Below, in pieces: positions 1 to 9,163 of a stretch of 22,899 nucleotides of DNA. The stretch covers positions 1 to 22,899 of the IMG/VR virus record IMGVR_UViG_3300030379_000127; one strand, 5' to 3'. The translations under genes were made by a program, and so were the position numbers. Under the pieces are notes generated by a model, which made no database searches, was not told the origin of the DNA, and worked only from the letters and a program-made list of their open reading frames with translations. Positions within the stretch are counted from its first letter, which is position 1. Every line of letters starts with the position of its first letter. This DNA is from a virus (Duplodnaviria > Heunggongvirae > Uroviricota > Caudoviricetes).

Positions 1-203
1 CGTGCTTGATAAGTATAAGTGAGCTGAAACACACGGTGGCAGTCACGGCAGCGAAATCTGTCACGGCCTTTAGGGTTTTGACCATGGCGGTAAACCCGAG
101 CTAACTGACAACGGGGACAATGAATATTAACGCTGGTTATGAGATAACCTCAAAAGCCCGTATTATACATCAGATTCAACTAATTAGAGGCATCACCAGA
201 AAT

Positions 204-231
204 GGCTTGCTTCCATAGTCTAAAGCAAGCC
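204..231 (-). terminator. Candidate stem-loop downstream of the last minus-strand ORF
   Basis: 9-bp stem ggcttgctt / aagcaagcc with a 10-nt loop, about 65 bp past the stop of the 298..606 ORF; only a weak T-run follows on the transcribed strand. Confidence 0.2.
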
Positions 232-297
232 ACAACACATTTACCTTAAGTACACAATTAACATACCAGAACAGGTTATTTTAACACTATCAGGGAG

Positions 298-606
298 TTA
301 ATATACGATCTGGTCTACATGATTACCAAAATCATCGTCGTCGTCCTCATCGCCACCATCTACAGATGGCCAATCAACAAACCAGCCAGCGTAAAGATGC
401 AGCGTTCGGAGAACATCACTTACGGGAGCATCAAGGGTGTTAACGAATCCCATATAGCTATTGGGATTTGCCCCAGCTATGGCTTCAGTGATCATGTCCT
501 CGGTAATGTCACCGGAGATAATGCTTAAACGCCCGGAAACTTCTTCATTATCATCAAATTCGATAATGGCATCTCCGCCTAATGGCGCTGCGATTTTAAT
601 CTGCAT
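298..606 (-). CDS. Hypothetical acidic protein (102 aa) at the distal end of the operon
   Basis: Intact ORF whose start overlaps the stop of the upstream 995-aa gene; C-terminus is a poly-Asp/Glu run (GGDEDDDDDFG). No motif I recognise. Confidence 0.4.
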   Translation of the reverse strand: MQIKIAAPLGGDAIIEFDDNEEVSGRLSIISGDITEDMITEAIAGANPNSYMGFVNTLDAPVSDVLRTLHLYAGWFVDWPSVDGGDEDDDDDFGNHVDQIVY

Positions 607-3583
607 TATTTAGCTCCTTTGCCACACCTAATAACAGTTCCAGCAATCCGTCACCATTCATCAGTGATGCGGCAGCGGCCTCTTTGTCATGATACAACTG
701 AAGAGCCATAGAGAATACTTCCGTTGCTGACGTTTTGGAAATAGTCGGTGATTTCTGCCGAATTTTCCCGGTGTTACTTACTGAGGCTGGCGGGTATACC
801 TTCGCCATATAAATATTACTCAATCGAGATCTGAAGCACCATTCAGGCTTGCCACGCCCACCGATATTAACGAAAGATGGCTTATCCCCTTCAACATTGG
901 CCTTCAGGAATGACCGGGCTTTCTCTAACAAACCAGGGTTACTGTACTCAAGATGATGACCCAGCTCGTGCCACAGTGCACTTGCATTTTCATCGTTCAA
1001 ATTGACAGCAACAACACCATTTAGATTTGCATATGCCCTTCCCTGGTGGTGAACCACCTTTGATAAGGTCGAAATTTTACCGCCGGTCAGGCGATAAATA
1101 TCAGCAAGTTCCTTGCGCAGGTCTATCCCACCATTCTGTCCAGCGCGGGCTTCTTCCACTTCTTCCGTGATAAAAGAGTCGGCCCACTCAAGAGCTTTTT
1201 CTTCAGATACGGATGAGTTGGCGATCGCACTGTTCATGGCAGATAACACTTTCTCGTGGACCGAACCCATACTTCGCTGATTCATTTGCCAGCGTGTCTG
1301 CGGGTTATATGAGAATCGCTTAAGTAGTTGGTCAAGATGCTCAAGTTCTTCTTCGCTGACATACTTTTTAGCCTCACAAATAATGCCGGGGAGAATATTG
1401 CCGTTAGGATTAAACGCTCGCGAAAGGAAGAGTTTCAGCGCCCCCATGCCCTCCGATGCTTCAATATCACCAATAACCCGGTTAACAATGGCCGCACTCT
1501 TCGGATTAGCATCCGCCAACGCTCTGGCTACGATTTGCAGGGACGATACGACCTCACGCTGCATATCCGTCCTGATCTCATCAATAAACTCTGGCGTTAT
1601 GCCGTGCTCTTTAAGGATATCCCTGCCTTCCGCCGTTACCCCATCGATATCACCGACATGTTTATTAACCCGACTTTGCAATGCCTTAAATGCCTTCAGA
1701 ATTCCACGGGCATCATCCACTTTACTAACGGCCTTCCTGAATGCTGGCAAGAAGTCAGAGTTAACCTCATTTTGTTGATCGGCCCACTGAATGGAGGCTT
1801 CTTTCATCTCGTCCAGAGTCAGATCACCCAACGCGGTATGGTCTGTGAATATGAGCGACAACCTCTGAACCATTTCTGCCAATGGTGATGCCGAATGCGC
1901 CGCGCTAAGGAATGCTTTCACCCTGGTTGGGCGAATGGAAAACCAGTCAATAGCTGGTGGCATATCTCCGTTTTTTATCGCCTGCGCTATCTCATCAAAG
2001 CCGTCGCGCCCAAGGGAGGATGCGTGATTTAACAATCCGCGAAGTAACGAATTGCTGATACCGAATAATCGGCACCATTTTTTTACGTCGGCAACAGGCA
2101 TTCGGACAAAATGCGCAAGCACTTGTACAAGCTGCTCATCCTGGGGATCGGTGCGGGATAGCAGCCTGATCAGATGAATAATGTCTTTGATGCCGGATGC
2201 CCGATGTAATAGCAAGCTGGTATATGGAGCAACACCGTTGTAACTACCGCCGGAAACGGACTCGAAAAGACCGCCGGATATCCCTTGCATGCCTTCGTTT
2301 TCCAGTTCCTGAGACACCTGGCGAAGGATATCCTGTAACGACACATCGCCGCCGCCAAACATATCCCCGAGCGCCTGGCCCTGGTGCTGTAACTCATCAT
2401 TGATACGTTGCGCCATCAACTTAAAGGCGGTGGCCATACGCTTCGCGCTACGGTTATTCGCGACGATGAACAACGCGAGTGCTTTCACTTCCGGGGCCGT
2501 TTCGCTGAACATATCCCCCTGAGCAATAACATCGGTAATATGCTGGCCTGACTCCTTCGATTGCCTTACCAGGTCTACCGCATCTTTCAATGCCGCCAGC
2601 GCCTTTTTATCGAGGCTATCCGCTGTCTCAATGCCATCAACAATAGTTGTCACAGCCTGCTTGTGCGCTTCTCCTGACAAAGCCTGCATCTGGACAAAAT
2701 CATTGGCTGCCGCATTAAGCGCCGTCAGAACATTACGCATATCCGGATCAGGTTCTTCTGCAACCATCCTTACCAGGCGCGCATCCTTATATGCCTTGGC
2801 AAAGATCGCGTTTTGTATACGGTCTACAAGTTGCCGTGTTGGTCGCCCATCTTCAGTTACAAGGCCAGCCGCCTGTGTGGCACCAACTTGCGTCATAAAT
2901 CCGCGAATAAACGTGTCATTACTGCGGCTAAGCAGATCTCCGCTTTCTGACGGGTTAAAAAGCGCCATCATCGCCGGTGTTATGCTGTCGGCATCAACAA
3001 AAGCCTTTTCACTGGCTGCCATTTCCTGAAGATCAGAAATATTTGAGTCCTTGGCAAACTGAACGCGGTCAACCTTAGTTAACCGGCGGCGCACCAGTAC
3101 CGGAGCCGTCATTGATTCAACCTTTTCAGGTCGTATGCCGAATTCGGTCGCATGATCAATCAGGTACTCACGATACCGATCCGCATTGCCGTCCTGATAG
3201 GCTTTAATGATCCCCATGGTCCGTCCATTACCTGACTCAACGGCATTGTCCTCACCAATTATCGGCGCGCCATGGCTGGATAGACCGGAATCGGTAAGCT
3301 GAGCAGGCCGCAAATCCTTGGATATCTGGTTAACCTGAAGAAGGCTGGATGCGCGGGTCCGGTCGCGCGGTTGAAGTTCCTGGGGATAGTCAGGATTAAT
3401 TTTCCCATCCAGAGTATTGGATACCAAAAGAGCTGAGGCATCGACGATATCAAACGCTGTTTTTACCTCGTCTCCCTTCGCTGTCACCACATACGAAACC
3501 CGCCCATAATCGGGCAAGTTCTTTAGCAGCTCGATCAGCGTTTCTATGCTGGTGGCCATTACCACCTGATCGCTTAAGCTCAT
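596..3583 (-). CDS. ddrB: Large DarA-operon protein, DdrB-like (995 aa), with an HEXXH zincin-like motif
   Basis: Long uninterrupted ORF immediately downstream of the ddrA-like and darA-like genes; size and position match my recollection of P1 ddrB. HELGHH motif is encoded at 953..970 (minus strand). Confidence 0.45.
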   Translation of the reverse strand: MSLSDQVVMATSIETLIELLKNLPDYGRVSYVVTAKGDEVKTAFDIVDASALLVSNTLDGKINPDYPQELQPRDRTRASSLLQVNQISKDLRPAQLTDSGLSSHGAPIIGEDNAVESGNGRTMGIIKAYQDGNADRYREYLIDHATEFGIRPEKVESMTAPVLVRRRLTKVDRVQFAKDSNISDLQEMAASEKAFVDADSITPAMMALFNPSESGDLLSRSNDTFIRGFMTQVGATQAAGLVTEDGRPTRQLVDRIQNAIFAKAYKDARLVRMVAEEPDPDMRNVLTALNAAANDFVQMQALSGEAHKQAVTTIVDGIETADSLDKKALAALKDAVDLVRQSKESGQHITDVIAQGDMFSETAPEVKALALFIVANNRSAKRMATAFKLMAQRINDELQHQGQALGDMFGGGDVSLQDILRQVSQELENEGMQGISGGLFESVSGGSYNGVAPYTSLLLHRASGIKDIIHLIRLLSRTDPQDEQLVQVLAHFVRMPVADVKKWCRLFGISNSLLRGLLNHASSLGRDGFDEIAQAIKNGDMPPAIDWFSIRPTRVKAFLSAAHSASPLAEMVQRLSLIFTDHTALGDLTLDEMKEASIQWADQQNEVNSDFLPAFRKAVSKVDDARGILKAFKALQSRVNKHVGDIDGVTAEGRDILKEHGITPEFIDEIRTDMQREVVSSLQIVARALADANPKSAAIVNRVIGDIEASEGMGALKLFLSRAFNPNGNILPGIICEAKKYVSEEELEHLDQLLKRFSYNPQTRWQMNQRSMGSVHEKVLSAMNSAIANSSVSEEKALEWADSFITEEVEEARAGQNGGIDLRKELADIYRLTGGKISTLSKVVHHQGRAYANLNGVVAVNLNDENASALWHELGHHLEYSNPGLLEKARSFLKANVEGDKPSFVNIGGRGKPEWCFRSRLSNIYMAKVYPPASVSNTGKIRQKSPTISKTSATEVFSMALQLYHDKEAAAASLMNGDGLLELLLGVAKELNNAD

Positions 3584-3595
3584 CCCTGTTACGCC

Positions 3596-3961
3596 TTATG
3601 CTGCCTCTTTAATGTTGGCGGCTATCCATGCCGCCGTGTGCTGTTTAACCTGGTCCAGGTCGATGTATGTGCCAACATATTGACTCAAATCCTGCAAGGT
3701 ACCGATAAATGCATCGGTGCTCTGATCGACGAATTTATCAGCCAGGAAATCAGCAACCAGTTTTGGCACACCATCATGTTCCGAAGGTTGTTTTTCCTCG
3801 CCACTACCACCTCCGGACGCGCCGTACCCCATCTGTTGCATGATCTGGTCGATTTCATCGCTGATATCCAGCAACTCCATGCCACTCGCGGTAGCCGCTT
3901 TGGACATCAGAGCATCCAACTTATCGCTGAGATCCATTAACTCAATAGCTGATAGTGTCAT
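3596..3961 (-). CDS. ddrA: Small DarA-operon protein, DdrA-like (121 aa)
   Basis: ORF whose start overlaps the darA-like stop by 4 bp (translational coupling); assignment is by position and size only. Confidence 0.4.
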   Translation of the reverse strand: MTLSAIELMDLSDKLDALMSKAATASGMELLDISDEIDQIMQQMGYGASGGGSGEEKQPSEHDGVPKLVADFLADKFVDQSTDAFIGTLQDLSQYVGTYIDLDQVKQHTAAWIAANIKEAA

Positions 3962-5877
3962 GCCGCTACCCCCGCTTTCTGGATTGCTACCAGCAGATCA
4001 GCCAGGTGGCGAGCAGCGCCATTAACCAGCTCTTCGTTTTCCTCAAAACGCCCGGCAGCCTGAAGGGCTGCAATCGCTTCCCGGACATTGCCCCGGGCGT
4101 TACGGATCTCCGCCATGTCAGTGCTTTGCATATCCATCACGTTATTGAGATATTCAATGGCTTTATTAGCCTCTGCATCTGCTTCGCTAACCGTTTCATC
4201 AGGCTGTGCCGGGGCAGGTTCTGGCTGAGTAATCTCACCGACTTCGGCCTGCAATGCATTGATCATGCTCTGCACCATTTTTTCGGTGCCAGCGCCCCCC
4301 GGATACGCAATATTGGGGAAAGTTTTTTGAAACTGAGTTTTCAGCATTACGCGGAACTCGTCTGGTGAGCTGGTGGCCAGCTCCAGAGCTTTTTGTGCAT
4401 ATTTGCCAAACGGACCATTAGTAAGTGTCTTCGCCAAGAAGTCGAAAGAATCCTCGCGAGGCAATAACTTCAGGTCGTACTCACTCATTTGCTGATCAGA
4501 AAGCGGGGTATCGTAAGTAGCAATGCCGTAGCGTGCATATTCATAATACGGGTCACCTTCATCAGGGCGCGGCAGAATTGCTTTGTTACCTTCAGGTATT
4601 GCGCCAGGGGCCGCCGGACGCATTTGCAGGGCATATCGATATGCACCTACAGAGACTTCTGGTTCAGGCGAAGAGCTACCGGTATCCTCCGCTGGTTCAG
4701 GTTCGACGTTTTCCGGTTTATGTTCTTCTGGTTGGACCAGGTATTCCGATACATTACCCGCTTTATAGGCTTTAAACAGCTTGCCGATCGCATCTGCCAT
4801 GTCCACACCCTGTATGGATTTAGCCTTGATCATGTACACGCTGCCATCCGAATCGGTTAACTGGATATACCCTTCACCGTCCTCAATGAATTGCTTCATT
4901 GATGCACCATTACTGAGCGTCACTTCCCCGTTCATATGCATACGATTTTTGATACTTGCAAGGCGATCCGTCATCGCGCGAGAGTGTCCACCAGTCATCC
5001 CCGCAGGAGCAATGGTTTCGCGCCCACCAGTTCGATTGAGCTGATCAATCTCCGTCTGCAAACGCTCATTCTCTTCATAAAGAGAATCCGCTTCCGATGC
5101 AACAGCGTTAATTTTCTGCTCCAGATCTACCTTCTGCCCTTCTACCGCTGCCACCTGATCCGCGAGGTCGCTCATGGCATCCTCTTTCTGGTCACTGTCA
5201 GCCTGTAGTTGGGTTATTTCATCAACCAGGGCTTTTTTCTTCTTCTGCGCACGCTGGAATTTTGCCGAGTTTTTCTCTGCAAGGTTGGCAAGTTTCATGG
5301 TGACCTGCGCCAGCGTCATATCACGTCCACTCATCGGAGCAACGGTATGAGTAACGTCTTTTTTATTCAGTAAGAACTGGAAAGCAATCAGCGTATCGCT
5401 ATTGGTGATCCGGTTTTCCGCTGTCGGGCTATGAAACAGAATGCTGATAGTCTGACCATCACTGAGCGGAATAATGGCTGGCAGGACCGGCAGCCCGTTA
5501 ACGTTACGTGCCCGGCCAATTTCAGCCCCGCCGATCGCGCGTGCACCGTTCTGGGCCACATCCCCCGTTTTATCACTCCCCGCAGAGATTCCGGTACCAT
5601 TCAGCTTCTGGTTTAATGCCCGGACAAATGCCTGCATGGTCCGGTGTAACTGCAAACGAGTAGAACTAATCGCCTCCAGTAAATCCGTAGCACACCAGTG
5701 GATCGGCGTGTCATAGAAGAACGTAGCCTCGATTTCCTCCAGGGTGTTGGATTCCGTCATCAGATAGCGGTCCTCACCGGCCATTAATGCGCGATATTCA
5801 TCATCAGTCACTGGCGGGGGAAGCACGTCAAGCCCAGGCTTGATCGTCACCCCTTTATTGATATTGAACTGTTCCAT
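3958..5877 (-). CDS. darA: DarA-like antirestriction / internal head protein (639 aa)
   Basis: 639-aa ORF with a central coiled-coil region (QLQADSDQKEDAMSDLADQVAAVEGQKVDLEQKINAV). Residues around LSDGQTISI...EKNSAKFQ are homologous to the upstream 203-aa ORF, the relationship expected for hdf (homolog of DarA fragment) and darA. Confidence 0.6.
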   Translation of the reverse strand: MEQFNINKGVTIKPGLDVLPPPVTDDEYRALMAGEDRYLMTESNTLEEIEATFFYDTPIHWCATDLLEAISSTRLQLHRTMQAFVRALNQKLNGTGISAGSDKTGDVAQNGARAIGGAEIGRARNVNGLPVLPAIIPLSDGQTISILFHSPTAENRITNSDTLIAFQFLLNKKDVTHTVAPMSGRDMTLAQVTMKLANLAEKNSAKFQRAQKKKKALVDEITQLQADSDQKEDAMSDLADQVAAVEGQKVDLEQKINAVASEADSLYEENERLQTEIDQLNRTGGRETIAPAGMTGGHSRAMTDRLASIKNRMHMNGEVTLSNGASMKQFIEDGEGYIQLTDSDGSVYMIKAKSIQGVDMADAIGKLFKAYKAGNVSEYLVQPEEHKPENVEPEPAEDTGSSSPEPEVSVGAYRYALQMRPAAPGAIPEGNKAILPRPDEGDPYYEYARYGIATYDTPLSDQQMSEYDLKLLPREDSFDFLAKTLTNGPFGKYAQKALELATSSPDEFRVMLKTQFQKTFPNIAYPGGAGTEKMVQSMINALQAEVGEITQPEPAPAQPDETVSEADAEANKAIEYLNNVMDMQSTDMAEIRNARGNVREAIAALQAAGRFEENEELVNGAARHLADLLVAIQKAGVAA

Positions 5878-5878
5878 G

Positions 5879-6490
5879 TTAATTTCCTGCTTTCAGTTGC
5901 TTAAGACGGCGTTTGAGTTCGCCATTTCGGGCCTTTTCGTTATTGAGTCGGCCTGTCTCCTTATCCAGCTTCGCCCGCAAATCAGTGATCTGCTGTTGAT
6001 TGAAAGACACCGAGTTCTGCGCTGATTTATAAGCGGCAACCACCTGAGCATTCCGCTGTTTTGCCTCTTGCAGGCGCTGAAAGTTGGATTTTACTGCCGG
6101 TTTCTTGTCTACCGGATTGGCAACACGTTTCGCTTTGGCGATCAGTGATTTCTGGAATTTTGCGGAGTTTTTGCGGGCCGCTTGCCCCATGACGGTACCA
6201 AGCGTCTTGATATCCGGCGACTGAGCGTTAGGAATAGCTTTTCCATTCAGCCTCACAGACGATATATCGCCAGTATCGTTTACCTGTATGGCAAGAATTT
6301 GTCCGTCGTTAAGAACCAGCTTTGCGGTTTTAACTTTAACGCCATCTTTCGTTGTTGCGCGGTTGCTGGAGTCAACCTCAATTACCGTAACACCGGTTTT
6401 ATTGATCGCCGCGATAAGGGATTTCAGCCCCTTTTCATTAACCTGGTCAAAATCGACCGTTGCATACTTATTTTTCGTCATCTGACACAT
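5879..6490 (-). CDS. hdf: Hdf-like protein (203 aa), homologous to an internal segment of the DarA-like protein
   Basis: LNDGQILAI...ARKNSAKFQ parallels LSDGQTISI...EKNSAKFQ in the 639-aa ORF; shared DNA motif aattttgc(g/c)gagtttt at about 6157 and 5263. Lies directly upstream of darA. Confidence 0.55.
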   Translation of the reverse strand: MCQMTKNKYATVDFDQVNEKGLKSLIAAINKTGVTVIEVDSSNRATTKDGVKVKTAKLVLNDGQILAIQVNDTGDISSVRLNGKAIPNAQSPDIKTLGTVMGQAARKNSAKFQKSLIAKAKRVANPVDKKPAVKSNFQRLQEAKQRNAQVVAAYKSAQNSVSFNQQQITDLRAKLDKETGRLNNEKARNGELKRRLKQLKAGN

Positions 6491-6911
6491 CCTGTGCGAG
6501 ATTTATTACGTAACTTCTGCGGATTTGCTGAGTAACAGGGAAAATCCGATACAACGGGTTAATGAACGAGTCGCCATGCGTAACCATGACGTTGAAATGC
6601 CACAGTCGCTCTCCTTTACCCATATATTCAGTGGGTATGTACAACCATTCACTGTTTTCGCCCTGTTCAGCCGACGTCAAACAACGTTGTTCGCCTTCAA
6701 TCACTGTCGTCGGCTTCTGAACATCGCGGATCCAATATCTGACCGTTGCGCCGCGCAAAAACGGGAATTTAGACCGGTATTTGAACGGCACCCGGATGAA
6801 ACCCGGTTTAATTTCCACATCACCAAGTTCTAAATGCGTGATGTCCTTGCGTTTTAGCAAATAGCGATCGGCTAAGGCTAACGCAAGAACGCATACACCC
6901 CAGCCAATCAT
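6468..6911 (-). CDS. lydB: Putative antiholin / lysis-regulator (147 aa), LydB-like by position
   Basis: Start overlaps the stop of the upstream 109-aa membrane protein by 4 bp; hydrophobic N-terminus (MIGWGVCVLALALA). Position and size only. Confidence 0.3.
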   Translation of the reverse strand: MIGWGVCVLALALADRYLLKRKDITHLELGDVEIKPGFIRVPFKYRSKFPFLRGATVRYWIRDVQKPTTVIEGEQRCLTSAEQGENSEWLYIPTEYMGKGERLWHFNVMVTHGDSFINPLYRIFPVTQQIRRSYVINLAQDVSDDEK

Positions 6912-7237
6912 TTCCCGCCTCCCTTTTTCACCAAACTTGTAAGAACATTCAGAATGCTATCGATATTCACTCGTTTCATCCCTGAAATCACCTCATGACC
7001 GTTATTGCTGGCTATCGTTACCATTAAGTACGTAATTGATAACTCCCAGCCCTCGTGTTGCCCCAATAGGTACGCCACCGCGCCAGCTGTCACTGCAACA
7101 AAGATCTCCGTAACCAATCCCAACAAATTGCCAGACTGGCGACCGTCTCGGACATCCATCAGGAACGTGCCTATCCCACCAATTACTGAAAGCAGGAGCG
7201 CAATAGCAACTGGAGCTAATTCCTGTGTGTCAAGCAC
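6908..7237 (-). CDS. lydA: Putative holin (109 aa), LydA-like
   Basis: Small protein with two to three hydrophobic helices (VAIALLLSVIGGIGTFLM, IFVAVTAGAVAYLLG) and a charged C-terminus (KKGGGK); first gene of the operon that continues into hdf-darA. Confidence 0.4.
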   Translation of the reverse strand: MLDTQELAPVAIALLLSVIGGIGTFLMDVRDGRQSGNLLGLVTEIFVAVTAGAVAYLLGQHEGWELSITYLMVTIASNNGHEVISGMKRVNIDSILNVLTSLVKKGGGK

Positions 7238-7311
7238 AAGTTCCCTCCTACGTTGTCAGGAGGTAATGGTATGCAAAGTAACTTCTCAACCGGTTATGTT
7301 GCATAAGAGAC

Positions 7312-7575
7312 TTACCTATTCAACCGACTTTTGGAACCTTCAATAATAAGCCTGCTATTGGCGCTGAAAATAAGAACCATGCAGCTCTGAAGGCTTTCAT
7401 TCATGTCCTTATATTCCGCGAGATACATGCCAATAAAGCCAGCAAGTACGGCGGAAATACATTCGGCCAGCAATTTCTTGCATGAAGACTCGTAACGGTT
7501 TTCACATAGCCCACTCAAATACGAATACACCCCACCAAGAAGGGATAACATCACGATATGTACATAAAATGTCAT
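7312..7575 (-). CDS. Hypothetical small membrane protein (87 aa)
   Basis: ORF with two hydrophobic segments upstream of the holin-like gene; no recognisable motif and it may not be expressed. Confidence 0.25.
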   Translation of the reverse strand: MTFYVHIVMLSLLGGVYSYLSGLCENRYESSCKKLLAECISAVLAGFIGMYLAEYKDMNESLQSCMVLIFSANSRLIIEGSKSRLNR

Positions 7576-7871
7576 TTTTTACCTATACAACAGTAAGTTG
7601 AACAACATTTGAGAACGGTATGCACTTTGTGATTTCCACACACACTGGTTTTGTTAATTAAAACCTGTAGCTTGCAATAAATAACGATAGTGGGCAGAAA
7701 ATATGCTAATAGGCTATGTACGCATATAGACAAATGAACAAAACACAGCTATGCAGTGAAAAGCACTTGAAAGCGCAGGATGTGAGCTAATTTTTGCGAA
7801 TAAGGCGAGCAGCAAAAAAGCTGGGCACCCTGGGTTAAAAAAGGTTCTGCGTATGCTTTCCAGAGGTGATA

Positions 7872-7890
7872 CCCTAGTCTCGGACTAGGG
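7872..7890. promoter_or_regulatory. Perfect palindrome ccctagtc-tcg-gactaggg in the 435-bp intergenic region
   Basis: 8-bp inverted repeat with a 3-nt spacer, seen directly; lies between the lyd/dar operon start and the 3' end of the invertase fragment. No T-tract follows, so an operator is more likely than a terminator. Confidence 0.2.
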
Positions 7891-8010
7891 ACAACATTTC
7901 GAGAACAGTTTTCATTAGCGGTCAGCAGGCGCTAGATACATCGAATTGATGTGCCGCGCGATAAATGTACCTATTCTATCAAGATAAATTACACCGACGC
8001 GGCATTAGAA

Positions 8011-8238
8011 TTACAGCTCAGATTGAGTTTGGCGCTTCTCTACAGGATGATAACGATAAATCGTCGATACACCGATATCGTAAATAATTGCCAACTGTTT
8101 CCTGCTGTAGCCATTTTCGATCAACCTCGCTATTTGCTCATGTTGTTCTTTTGTCAACTTCGGGCGACGTCCGCCAATGCGTCCCTGTTCGCGTGCAGCT
8201 GCCAGTCCGGCCAGTGTTCTCTCAACAATTAATTCACG
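8011..8238 (-). pseudogene. cin: Serine DNA-invertase, detached C-terminal (helix-turn-helix) fragment
   Basis: Minus-strand translation RELIVERTLAGLAAAREQGRIGGRRPKLTKEQHEQIARLIENGYSRKQLAIIYDIGVSTIYRYHP matches the C-terminal DNA-binding region of Gin/Cin/Hin/Min invertases. Homology starts abruptly at 8238, at a crossover core; the ORF sequence upstream of it is unrelated antisense of cassette 1. Confidence 0.85.
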
Positions 8239-8252
8239 TTGGTTTGGGGGAA
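8227..8252. other. Hybrid crossover site (junction B): aattaattcacg-TT-ggtttgggggaa
   Basis: Right half-site ggtttgggggaa is identical to the cassette sites; the left half is invertase coding sequence. The TT core at 8239..8240 is the breakpoint. Confidence 0.75.
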
Positions 8253-8705
8253 GGCTCAGCATTGCCTGTTGGCGTACCTGTTCCGTGGCCCTCAGCCACT
8301 CCGCCAACGGGGTGGCTGAAATGTAACGGAGCAGCATTTTCTTCTGAAAAGTACCCAAATCTGGCAAAGGCTTACCCTACTAATAAATTGCCGGATTTAC
8401 GCGGTGAATTTATTCGTGGCTGGGATGACGGACGTGGTGTGGATGCCGGGCGACAATTATTATCTTCACAGGGGGATGCAATAAGAAATATTGAGGGGTT
8501 CGCAGATGGCGGGATCGGCATGTCTTTTGATGCAATCAGAGGGGCTTTTTACGATGCAGGAACACGATCAGCGAGAATGCCGAATAACACAACTACTATA
8601 GACAAAACCGATGACCTTGGATTCGACGCCTCTCGTGTCGTGCCAACAGCTAATGAAAACCGTCCTCGTAATATTGCCTTTAATTATATCGTAAGGGCGG
8701 CATAA
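8241..8705 (+). CDS. Tail-fibre C-terminal cassette 1 (promoterless 3' gene segment)
   Basis: Reads GLGEGSALPVGVPVPWPSATPPTGWLKCNGAAFSSEKYPNLAKAYPTNKLPDLRGEFIRGWDDGRG, then a unique core, then RPRNIAFNYIVRAA-stop. No start codon or RBS of its own. Confidence 0.75.
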   Translation, partial: GLGEGSALPVGVPVPWPSATPPTGWLKCNGAAFSSEKYPNLAKAYPTNKLPDLRGEFIRGWDDGRGVDAGRQLLSSQGDAIRNIEGFADGGIGMSFDAIRGAFYDAGTRSARMPNNTTTIDKTDDLGFDASRVVPTANENRPRNIAFNYIVRAA

Positions 8706-8724
8706 AAACGTTGGTTTGGGGGAA
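8699..8724 (+). other. Crossover site 2: ggcataaaaacg-TT-ggtttgggggaa
   Basis: 26-bp site with a 2-bp core; resembles gix/hix (TTATCnAAAACC-nn-GGTTTnnnGAAA-like). The left half overlaps the stop codon of cassette 1. Confidence 0.7.
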
Positions 8725-9144
8725 GGCTCTGCACTGCCTGTTGGTGTGCCCGTTCCGTGGCCCTTAGAAACACCACCAACGGGCTGGCTAAAATGCAATG
8801 GTGCAGCATTTTCTTCTGAAATGTATCCCAAACTGGCAAAAGCCTACCCCACCAATAAATTACCGGATTTACGCGGTGAATTTATCCGTGGCTGGGATGA
8901 TGGGCGCGGGATTGATGCGGGACGTACCCTGCTTTCAGGGCAGGATGGTACAAGTTTTTCTCATTACGGAGGTAATTTCGACATTGGGTCTGGTCATTCA
9001 ATCAATAACTATGACCAAATTGTTTCTAACCAACCAGGATTTTCCCGTTTTTCATTTGCAGGGCCTTCACGAGGTGATGGGGTTAATTATGTAACCATTC
9101 GTCCTCGTAACATTGCGTTTAATTATATCGTAAGGGCGGCATGA
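8713..9144 (+). CDS. Tail-fibre C-terminal cassette 2
   Basis: Conserved 5' end (GLGEGSALPVGVPVPWPLETPPTGWLKCNGAAFSSEMYPKLAKAYPTNKLPDLRGEFIRGWDDGRGID), unique core, conserved 3' end RPRNIAFNYIVRAA. Confidence 0.75.
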   Translation, partial: GLGEGSALPVGVPVPWPLETPPTGWLKCNGAAFSSEMYPKLAKAYPTNKLPDLRGEFIRGWDDGRGIDAGRTLLSGQDGTSFSHYGGNFDIGSGHSINNYDQIVSNQPGFSRFSFAGPSRGDGVNYVTIRPRNIAFNYIVRAA

Positions 9145-9163
9145 AAACGTTGGTTTAGGGGAA
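9138..9163 (+). other. Crossover site 3: ggcatgaaaacg-TT-ggtttaggggaa
   Basis: Same architecture as site 2; overlaps the stop codon of cassette 2. Confidence 0.7.

Noticed and set aside
1328-5716. Numerous 60-190 aa plus-strand ORFs inside the ddrB-, darA- and sit-like genes (for example 1328..1888, 2631..3029, 4489..4860, and further right 18540..18995)
   Set aside because: All lie antisense within long, uninterrupted minus-strand genes that show operon-style coupling; low-complexity translations.
8088-8240. N-terminal 51 codons of the plus-strand ORF 8088..8705 (MPTVSCCSHFRS...)
   Set aside because: This stretch is the antisense of the invertase C-terminal fragment; cassette coding sequence begins only at the crossover site (8241).
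8568-8831. Minus-strand ORFs 8568..8831 and 9545..9784 (MGYISEENAAPLHFSQPVGGVSKGHGTG...)
   Set aside because: Nearly identical to each other because they are antisense shadows of the conserved cassette 5' regions and span cassette boundaries; no independent coding evidence.
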